From sequence record SRR22947727_2090: 40,207 nucleotides of DNA. One strand, 5' to 3'. Shown in pieces: positions 34,382-40,207 of this stretch. The stretch's first letter is position 1; the number at the start of each line of letters is the position of its first letter. The position numbers and the translations under genes are program-made. The notes beneath the pieces were generated by a model, which was not told the origin of the DNA, searched no databases, and was given only the letters and a program-made list of their open reading frames with translations.

Positions 34382-34783
34382 TTAGCAGTTCCACTTCTTT
34401 AAAGAAAGGCTGAGACGATCTTTACCAGTATTATTACTAGCTTTTTGTCTCTTACGCATACCTGACATTCTAGCACAGAAAGATTTTCTACGGTTTGCAG
34501 CCTTACTACCTTTCTTTAGCTTAGAAGGCTTAGTGGTGACAGCAGTTTTTAACTTAGATCCGGGATTTTCAGCACGGTAAGAAGCTACTCCTTTTTTGTT
34601 TAAACCCCCTTTAGGGTTTTTCCCTTCGCTTCTTTGCCAAGAAGCAGTCTTTCTTTCGATTAGTATCTTACCTACTGCGAAGTAGGCTTCTTTGATGCAT
34701 GAACCTTTTGCGTAGGGGGTTGATCCTTTTTTAGGCTTATAGCCTGTCCAGCATCTGGTTTTTTTATTTTTTGGGTTTTTCAT
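34382..34783 (-). CDS. Conserved basic phage protein (DUF6321-like)
   Basis: CWTGY; WQRSEGKNPKGGLN; RRKSFCARM; C-terminal KWNC. Recognised as a pattern common in aquatic phages; family name from memory. Confidence 0.65.
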   Translation of the reverse strand: MKNPKNKKTRCWTGYKPKKGSTPYAKGSCIKEAYFAVGKILIERKTASWQRSEGKNPKGGLNKKGVASYRAENPGSKLKTAVTTKPSKLKKGSKAANRRKSFCARMSGMRKRQKASNNTGKDRLSLSLKKWNC

Positions 34784-34817
34784 TGATATTCACTGTCTCC
34801 TGTGTTATTATATAGGC

Positions 34818-35309
34818 ATGAACATATTCGTACTAAGTAAGTACCCTCGTATTGCCGCAGAGATGCACTGTGACAAGCATTGCGTCAAGATGATTCTAGA
34901 GACTGCACAGATGCTCTCTACTGCCCATAGGGTTTATAATACCCCTCAGGCTGAGAATCTTTATAAGCAAGCCCATCTAAACCATCCTTGTACAAAATGG
35001 ATTCGAGAGTCTGGTTCTAACTATCGTTGGGCTTGGTCCTTGTACCATGAGCTTCTGCTTGAGTTCGAGAAGCGTAGAGGTAAGAGCCACAAGTCTGGGG
35101 AGCTTCGCCATGACCTAGCCCATACTCCTCATGGGATGCCTGAGGTTGGCCTTACTCCCTTCGCTCAAGCCATGCCTGACGAATACAAGCATGAGGACGC
35201 TGTGGAGGCTTACAGGGCTTACTACATGGGAGATAAGGCAGCAATAGCTGAGTGGAACTGGGGTCGATCTGCCCCTGATTGGTATAAAATAAACTCCACA
35301 AAGTCCTAG
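34818..35309 (+). CDS. Pyrimidine-dimer DNA glycosylase / endonuclease V superfamily protein
   Basis: MNIFVL, CDKHCVKMILETAQMLSTAH, NHPCTKW, FAQAMPDEYK, AYRAYY. Confidence 0.8.
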   Translation: MNIFVLSKYPRIAAEMHCDKHCVKMILETAQMLSTAHRVYNTPQAENLYKQAHLNHPCTKWIRESGSNYRWAWSLYHELLLEFEKRRGKSHKSGELRHDLAHTPHGMPEVGLTPFAQAMPDEYKHEDAVEAYRAYYMGDKAAIAEWNWGRSAPDWYKINSTKS

Positions 35310-35341
35310 AGATATGAATACGACTGCGATATAATAGAGCA

Positions 35342-35549
35342 CAAAGTCGTAAAGAGACACTAGATCTTTTACATTGCGACTGGAAGGATTTCATGCAGGA
35401 CTTGGTTACTAAATCCTATTTATAATAACCTGTTTACCTGTGGAACTCTGGGCAAGAATAATAAACATTAGGAAAAAATCTTGCCATTAAAACAACTTTA
35501 AGATGGGCTATAACAAGCTGCTCTGATTAGACACAGCATCTTAATTAAA
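35342..35549 (+). ncRNA. Putative structured non-coding RNA (four successive helices)
   Basis: No credible ORF; TATAAT at 35330; stems AGTCGTAA/TTGCGACT, AGGATTT/AAATCCT, GGCAAGA/TCTTGCC, TTAAGATG/CATCTTAA. Confidence 0.45.
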
Positions 35550-35638
35550 GCTCTCTGACCCCTTTACTTGTCTTATATGCAAACGTTGTAAAAGAAAGGG
35601 TGGTGCAACTAGAGGTTCAATTCCTCCAGAGAGTACCA
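35550..35638 (+). ncRNA. tRNA-like RNA with acceptor stem, T arm and CCA but no canonical D or anticodon arms
   Basis: GCTCTCTG/CAGAGAGT + A + CCA; GAGG-TTCAATT-CCTC; followed by AACAA like most of the tRNA genes here. Confidence 0.7.
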
Positions 35639-35652
35639 AACAATAAATAATT

Positions 35653-35934
35653 ATGAAGATTATGAAAAAAATGAATAAAAAAATTGAAGGAACAGAGATG
35701 GTTGACAATCCTGAACATTACAATCAGGGTAGTTTAGAGACGATTGAAGTTATCGAGGCTAGTTTAGGAGGTCCTACATCGGATAAAGTTAAAGGTTATC
35801 TAACAGGGAATGTTATTAAATACTTATCTCGCTGTGACTACAAAGGAAAGCTCCTAGAGGATCTTAAGAAAGCTCAATGGTACTTGAATCGCCTTGTAAC
35901 TAATTTTGAAGACAATACACCTGATCCCTCCTGA
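35653..35934 (+). CDS. DUF3310 family protein (T7 gp1.7-like nucleotide kinase domain)
   Basis: VDNPEHYNQG.LETIEVI, GNVIKYLSR, EDLKKAQWYL. Confidence 0.88.
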   Translation: MKIMKKMNKKIEGTEMVDNPEHYNQGSLETIEVIEASLGGPTSDKVKGYLTGNVIKYLSRCDYKGKLLEDLKKAQWYLNRLVTNFEDNTPDPS

Positions 35935-35999
35935 ATGGTGTAAGCTGGCATTGAAGTCCGGAGACTGCAAAAAATATGAAGATTTAGACGAGAGTTCTC

Positions 36000-36028
36000 T
36001 GGACATGAGCCTTCAAGTTTAGTATAAT
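36000..36028 (+). promoter_or_regulatory. Sigma70-type promoter
   Basis: TGGACA-17-TATAAT. Confidence 0.6.
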
Positions 36029-36094
36029 AGGAGCATCTAAGGAGAGGACTTTTCGATACCAGCCTTACTATTTTTTTAACCAAAAACTAACCCT

Positions 36095-36769
36095 ATGCAA
36101 AACAAAATTATTTATATTATACAAGGAGATAACCAATCCTTGTGTGAAGACCTCTCATTCTTTCTTTGGGAAGGTGCGGGAGCTACTGTTTGCAGTACCT
36201 CTCACTTTGATACCACTCCGGAAAAGGCTTCTTATGAGTGTTGGCATTCTTTTTGTATTTCTGTAGAACAAAATGTTGAAATTATTGTAGTTGACGATCC
36301 AACTACAGCCCTTGGCGATGTCAAACGTTACGTTGAACTTGGAAAGTTAAACGGTTATAGTATTAAAATTCTTAATGTGTCTTCTTTTGATGAAGAATCT
36401 CCAACAGATATTAAACTAAAGGAAACCTTAGTATCTCCTGTTTATATTTCTGGTCCTATTACAGGGGTTTTTGATGGAAACAAAGCTGAGTTTAATGAAG
36501 CCGCTGAAACTTTAATGAATTTGGGCTTTGATGTTGTGAACCCTCGACTTATTCCTATTCCAGAAGGAACAACTCCTGACTCAGAAGACTTTTGGAATGT
36601 TATGATGAAAGAGTCTTTGAAGTCTATGATGGAATGTAACTCTATCGTTTTGCTGGAAGGTTGGGGAAACTCTGTTGGTGCTGTTGTTGAACGAGACTTA
36701 GCCCTTACCTTAGATTGGCCTATTGTAGACTTAGAATTACGAGAAGAAGTAACGTGGGTGATAGACTAG
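36095..36769 (+). CDS. DUF4406 (nucleoside deoxyribosyltransferase-like) domain fused to a degenerate kinase-like N-terminal domain
   Basis: VYISGPITG, N...F..AA..L, VVNP, LLEGWGNSVGAVVE; N-terminus IYIIQG...IIVVDD...YVELG...GY. Confidence 0.75.
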   Translation: MQNKIIYIIQGDNQSLCEDLSFFLWEGAGATVCSTSHFDTTPEKASYECWHSFCISVEQNVEIIVVDDPTTALGDVKRYVELGKLNGYSIKILNVSSFDEESPTDIKLKETLVSPVYISGPITGVFDGNKAEFNEAAETLMNLGFDVVNPRLIPIPEGTTPDSEDFWNVMMKESLKSMMECNSIVLLEGWGNSVGAVVERDLALTLDWPIVDLELREEVTWVID

Positions 36770-36792
36770 AAAAATAAAACACGGGTATTGTC

Positions 36793-36821
36793 TGGACTTT
36801 AGAGTTCCAGTCTGGTATACT
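36793..36821 (+). promoter_or_regulatory. Probable sigma70-type promoter
   Basis: TGGACT-17-TATACT. Confidence 0.5.
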
Positions 36822-36863
36822 AGCATTCATACGAGTCACCCAAGAAAGAAGTATTAATAAAAT

Positions 36864-37049
36864 ATGAAAACCGAAGAAGAATATTTCCGAGAAAAGTATC
36901 CTGAAAGAGCTAAGAAGGCTGATTCAGGTTCTCGCAAACAAGCCATTTTTAACCACTGTAAGATTTGCATTGGGGACGGGTCTGCTAAAGACTGTTCCGC
37001 TAAGTCTTGCTTTCTTTACCCTTATCGCTGCCAAAACGCAACCAAATGA
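36864..37049 (+). CDS. Small Cys-rich protein
   Basis: AIFNHCKIC...C...SCFLYPYR. Confidence 0.65.
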   Translation: MKTEEEYFREKYPERAKKADSGSRKQAIFNHCKICIGDGSAKDCSAKSCFLYPYRCQNATK

Positions 37050-37177
37050 ACCCAACACTATTACAAATCACATTACTAGAGGCCTGTATGCCTCTTATCG
37101 CTGTATTTCTGGTCTTCTTGATTAGTTTTGCTATCGGTACTTACGTCGGACACAAAGCCTTGGAAGCACAAAAATAA
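37046..37177 (+). CDS. Small single-pass membrane peptide (43 aa; not in ORF track)
   Basis: ATGA overlap; MPLIAVFLVFLISFAIGTYVG hydrophobic stretch. Confidence 0.55.
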   Translation: MNPTLLQITLLEACMPLIAVFLVFLISFAIGTYVGHKALEAQK

Positions 37178-37178
37178 A

Positions 37179-37313
37179 ATGAACCTTTTTCTAGCACTTG
37201 TTGCCTCCAACGACCATACGTGGGCTACACCCGGCCAATACCTCGTCGCCGCAGGGTTTGGTTTCTTCATTGGATTTTGTTTTGCCTACGGAGGAGAAGA
37301 CGGTTGGGATTAA
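37179..37313 (+). CDS. Small membrane peptide (44 aa)
   Basis: ATG one base after the previous stop; YLVAAGFGFFIGFCFAYG. Confidence 0.5.
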   Translation: MNLFLALVASNDHTWATPGQYLVAAGFGFFIGFCFAYGGEDGWD

Positions 37314-37498
37314 AATCAGCTAAAATACAACTAGTCCTTGAGTGGGAGATCACTAAAAAGGATTGGTTGGAAGAGATTCAACACCTAAACGATATGGATA
37401 AGTTGGATAGCGTTATTACTAAAGACGATGTTATCCACACACTTTTTGCTTTAAATGATATGGCATACCCTGTAGTGAAGAGGACTAGCATTAAATGA
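37304..37498 (+). CDS. Small hypothetical protein (start uncertain)
   Basis: C-terminal part of the 37220 ORF (KSAKIQLVLEWEI...); ATGA-coupled to the next gene. Confidence 0.45.
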   Translation: MGLKSAKIQLVLEWEITKKDWLEEIQHLNDMDKLDSVITKDDVIHTLFALNDMAYPVVKRTSIK

Positions 37499-37836
37499 CA
37501 GTATCTAATACTGTTCTTAGAGCCGCTATTAAAGAGTCTGAGAAAAGCACAGGAAAGTTCAAACACTCTTCTGTCTTGTACAAAGGAAGAAATAGAGTTC
37601 TTGTCGCAGCACATAACGTAATGCGTACAGAACCTAACTTTGGAAGTGGAGAATACCAACAACTTCATAGTGAAGGAGCGGCTATTAAAAAAGCAGTTAA
37701 GTTGGGTTTGAATCTAAAAGGACTGAAAATGTACAACTATAGGAAAGGTAAGGAAGGGGCTCTCCTCTCCAAACCTTGTCCTTGTTGTGAACAATTACTA
37801 GAAGTATACGGAATTGAGGTAACTTACAGCGAATGA
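37495..37836 (+). CDS. Second zinc-dependent deaminase-fold protein
   Basis: FKHSSVL, LHSEGAAI (HxE), SKPCPCC (PCxxC). Confidence 0.75.
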   Translation: MTVSNTVLRAAIKESEKSTGKFKHSSVLYKGRNRVLVAAHNVMRTEPNFGSGEYQQLHSEGAAIKKAVKLGLNLKGLKMYNYRKGKEGALLSKPCPCCEQLLEVYGIEVTYSE

Positions 37837-38426
37837 CTGAGTTTGAGAAAGAGTATGGTGGTATGAGTGAAGAAGAGTACCAACATACGGATAAAAAGTT
37901 TGGAAAACTGATGTTTCGCATCTCTTATATGATCACGGGAGACGGGTCAGTGTGTTCTTTCGAGGACAACCTACAAGATTTGTGGATTTCAGCTATGGAT
38001 GCTCTTGTAGGATTCAAAAGACAAAATAACGGAGTTAATGGATCCTTTGATGATTTTAAAGATTCTTCGGCTTGGGCATCTTATCTAAAGACTGTTCTTT
38101 GGAACAAGAAAAACAAAAAAGGTGTTAAGGCTACTAAGTTCAAAGAAGCTTTCAAAGGTTCTGTTAGTATCCAAGAGCACGGAGAAGTCCTTAACATTGC
38201 AAAGGACACATCCCCAGACAACCCTCTTAAGTCTTTTCAGGATAGGTATTTCCATAACTTAAATGAAGAGGAATCTAAAGCACTAGACTTAATCGTAAAC
38301 AATCCAAGAATGATCACACGTTCTGGTAAAGTAGATTGTGCTAAACTATCAAGAGGCATGGATACGTATTGGGATAAAGCTAGACTAATTGTTGATGGCT
38401 TGAAAAATAAAATGGAGAATAAGTAA
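37833..38426 (+). CDS. Divergent sigma-factor-like protein
   Basis: Region-2-like EDNLQDLWISAMDAL..F...WASYLKTVLWN and a C-terminal LNEEE...HTH-like segment. Confidence 0.55.
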   Translation: MTEFEKEYGGMSEEEYQHTDKKFGKLMFRISYMITGDGSVCSFEDNLQDLWISAMDALVGFKRQNNGVNGSFDDFKDSSAWASYLKTVLWNKKNKKGVKATKFKEAFKGSVSIQEHGEVLNIAKDTSPDNPLKSFQDRYFHNLNEEESKALDLIVNNPRMITRSGKVDCAKLSRGMDTYWDKARLIVDGLKNKMENK

Positions 38427-38430
38427 AAAT

Positions 38431-38985
38431 ATGAAGAAACTACTACTAACAACCTTGTGCGCCTTTGTAGGGTGCAATGTCGAAAACACAAAACCAGACT
38501 CTGGAGAAGTAAACTCGCCTCCTGTAGAGACTTGTGATTTTGTTGAGTCCTTTGTTGACCATCAAAGTCCAGAGACTGCACAATTTGTCACCACCTTACC
38601 TGTCTTTTCCGAGTACAGTTTGTGTGGTAACAACACCCACATGTACCTAACTGAAACTATTTTTCAGGTAGACCAAGACCATTACCTATTTCCTCTAGTA
38701 TCTCTAGAGGATACAGTAGCAGTTAATTTTGTGGTAGATACAGAGAGCAACCCTCTGTACCTCGAATACCACACTCCTACTATTAAATTCCATGTTGTTT
38801 ATGATGGTGGAGATCCAATCCAAGTTGCTTATTTCGTCGGAGCTATCACAAATGTTACTGTTCTAGATTGGCAGGTTCCAATGCTAGGGGAGTATCAGAA
38901 TGATTTGATTGTTGAAGTAAGCTCTTTTGTAAACTACCCTTTTAACGCAAGTTCTTCCCAAGATTACACTCTTAAGTTTTGGTAA
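38431..38985 (+). CDS. Putative lipoprotein
   Basis: MKKLLLTTLCAFVG-C signal peptide and lipobox-like motif; beta-rich acidic mature part. Confidence 0.6.
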   Translation: MKKLLLTTLCAFVGCNVENTKPDSGEVNSPPVETCDFVESFVDHQSPETAQFVTTLPVFSEYSLCGNNTHMYLTETIFQVDQDHYLFPLVSLEDTVAVNFVVDTESNPLYLEYHTPTIKFHVVYDGGDPIQVAYFVGAITNVTVLDWQVPMLGEYQNDLIVEVSSFVNYPFNASSSQDYTLKFW

Positions 38986-39005
38986 ATAAGAAAAAAGGAC
39001 CAAGT

Positions 39006-39125
39006 ATGGAAGAATCAGGAGCAGAATGTAAGATGTGTGGTCGTAAGTTTGCACCAATTAAAGTGTTTTTTGGTTTTTGTAAAGAATGTTTAAGGATCAA
39101 AGAAGATCGTAGAGGTGCAAAGTAG
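39006..39125 (+). CDS. Small zinc-finger peptide (39 aa; not in ORF track)
   Basis: CKMCGRKF...FCKEC. Confidence 0.5.
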   Translation: MEESGAECKMCGRKFAPIKVFFGFCKECLRIKEDRRGAK

Positions 39126-39126
39126 T

Positions 39127-39306
39127 ATGAAGGAGGGGAAACTTGTCCTAGAAAACCGATTACTGACTTGCTTGTCCAACGAGGATCTGGTAAGATGTAT
39201 TCGTGAGTATGATACTAAACTGGCCGACGAGGTTCAATCTCGAATCGGTTATTACTTTAAGGAGCTAGAATGGCTCTCACAACAATTGGAGAAAAAAAAT
39301 GACTAA
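39127..39306 (+). CDS. Small hypothetical protein
   Basis: ATG at 39127 in the 39115 ORF; overlaps the groES start. Confidence 0.55.
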   Translation: MKEGKLVLENRLLTCLSNEDLVRCIREYDTKLADEVQSRIGYYFKELEWLSQQLEKKND

Positions 39307-39595
39307 GAAGAAACAATATTTACGTCCTACGACAAACCGCATTATGATTAGTAAGCCTGAGATTGAGACTGTATCTCAGGGTGGAATCTTACTTCCGGGA
39401 AATGAAAACAAGAAGAACACCGACACTTTTGGAACAATCACCATGGTTGGTCCTGATTTTGACATGAAGGGTGTTGAGGTTGGTGATATTGCTCTGTTTG
39501 TAGCTTACTCAGGAACTACTCTAGAGCATAATGGAGAAGAGGTAACAATCCTATCTCCAGACGATATCATCGCAGTACTTTCGGAGCGAGAGTAA
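39299..39595 (+). CDS. groES: Co-chaperonin GroES (Cpn10)
   Basis: LRPTTNRIMI, SQGGILLP, GTITMVGP, VEVGDIALF..YSGT, DDIIAVL. Confidence 0.9.
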   Translation: MTKKKQYLRPTTNRIMISKPEIETVSQGGILLPGNENKKNTDTFGTITMVGPDFDMKGVEVGDIALFVAYSGTTLEHNGEEVTILSPDDIIAVLSERE

Positions 39596-39744
39596 TGGGA
39601 GACTGGAACAAGTGGTGTTCTGGGGATAAATACGGAGAGGAGGAGGCTGTAACAGACATGATCATTCGAGTTTTAGATAAAATGACTATTGAGATTGGAC
39701 TCCTTCAAGAAAGGATTTCACAGTTAGAGGGTAATGATGATTAA
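39595..39744 (+). CDS. Small hypothetical protein (49 aa; not in ORF track)
   Basis: TAATG overlap with groES; C-terminal coiled-coil pattern. Confidence 0.5.
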   Translation: MGDWNKWCSGDKYGEEEAVTDMIIRVLDKMTIEIGLLQERISQLEGNDD

Positions 39745-39958
39745 AAAATTGATTGAAAAGTTACAAGCTCTAGGAGACTCTTTTGATGTAGAGCGTATTA
39801 GTTGTGATCAGGAGATGCTCATGTTTGCTCTTAAGAGGCAACTAAACCAAGAAGAGGTTGACGCTCTCCCTTCTGGGTTTGAGTATACTTGTGGGCTAGA
39901 CACAGCGACAGGGAAAACTTTCCCAAATATCGTCATTTTCCCTTGCCTCTTGCTCTAA
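39734..39958 (+). CDS. Small hypothetical protein
   Basis: 74-aa ORF. Confidence 0.55.
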   Translation: MMIKKLIEKLQALGDSFDVERISCDQEMLMFALKRQLNQEEVDALPSGFEYTCGLDTATGKTFPNIVIFPCLLL

Positions 39959-39971
39959 GGATTGGTATAAT
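39943..39971 (+). promoter_or_regulatory. Sigma70-type promoter
   Basis: TTGCCT-17-TATAAT. Confidence 0.6.
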
Positions 39972-40028
39972 AGACCCATCGACCTTGACTACTCCGTTCA
40001 CCTCTGTTTTACGTAAGACTATATTTAA

Positions 40029-40207
40029 ATGAATCAAGATAAACTAGAAGAGATTTTACAACTCCACAAACTTTGGCTTGCAAGTGATAAGGATGGTAAG
40101 CGTGCTAACTTGTTTACTGCTGACTTGAGAAATAATTCCTTGATAAATGCTGACTTGACAAAAGCTATCTTGTGTACTGCTAACTTGACAGGTGCTAACT
40201 TGTCATA
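40029..40207 (+). CDS. Pentapeptide-repeat protein, 3'-truncated
   Basis: MNQDKLEEILQLHKLWL...GKRANLFTADLRNNSLINADLTKAILCTANLTGANLS, with A(D/N)Lxx repeats. Confidence 0.85.
   Translation, partial: MNQDKLEEILQLHKLWLASDKDGKRANLFTADLRNNSLINADLTKAILCTANLTGANLS

Noticed and set aside
35550-35638. tmRNA (one- or two-piece) or tRNA-Sec
   Set aside because: No G3.U70 alanine identity pair, no tag reading frame, and no TCA anticodon arm or Sec-type D and variable arms.
383-38581. Numerous minus-strand and nested ORFs of 60-133 aa in the ORF track
   Set aside because: They lie antisense to or inside well-supported genes and show Ser/Leu/Phe-rich shadow composition. Only the minus-strand ORFs at 1845, 3252 and 34382 are credible.
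1-40207. CRISPR array, DGR/retron reverse transcriptase, integrase or IS element
   Set aside because: No regularly spaced repeats with unique spacers and no RT, integrase or transposase motifs were seen by eye.
40101-40207. 15-bp periodic repeats (GCTAACTTG/GCTGACTTG)
   Set aside because: Fully explained by pentapeptide-repeat coding.

Overview
This is a dense, AT-rich 40 kb segment of a large lytic dsDNA phage with T4-like or SPO1-like replication genes, probably aquatic. The host cannot be identified from the sequence. Nearly all genes are on the + strand and are joined by TAATG/ATGA overlaps. Replication and recombination genes: Hjc-type resolvase, gp55-like sigma factor, a family A DNA polymerase split into three ORFs with an N-terminal UDG-like domain, ThyX, SbcD/SbcC (gp47/46), class II RNR, DnaB helicase, UvsY-like protein, gp32-like SSB and RecA/UvsX. 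Between ssb and recA lies a 13-gene glycan cluster: GT4, GT-B, GT2, GT11, GT29-like, HpcH-type aldolase, CMP-ulosonate synthetase, cupin, methyltransferase, short DegT, Gmd and two SDRs. Further right are DUF932, a single-ring ClpB-like ATPase, an HNH endonuclease, five intact tRNAs plus one chimeric tRNA, two deaminases, a DenV-like glycosylase, a second sigma-like protein, GroES and a pentapeptide-repeat protein. The most unusual signals are: (1) a ~300-nt structured non-coding stretch ending in a non-cloverleaf tRNA mimic with an 8+4 acceptor/T stack and encoded CCA; (2) the intein-free three-part polymerase; (3) a candidate NeuB-independent ulosonic-acid module with a sialyltransferase-like enzyme; (4) a 6-nt palindromic, stop-containing insert in the GT4 gene; (5) a tRNA made from two different tRNA halves next to the HNH gene; (6) leaderless, bidirectional and hairpin-embedded promoters. 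All family assignments come from motif recognition by eye; no searches were run.
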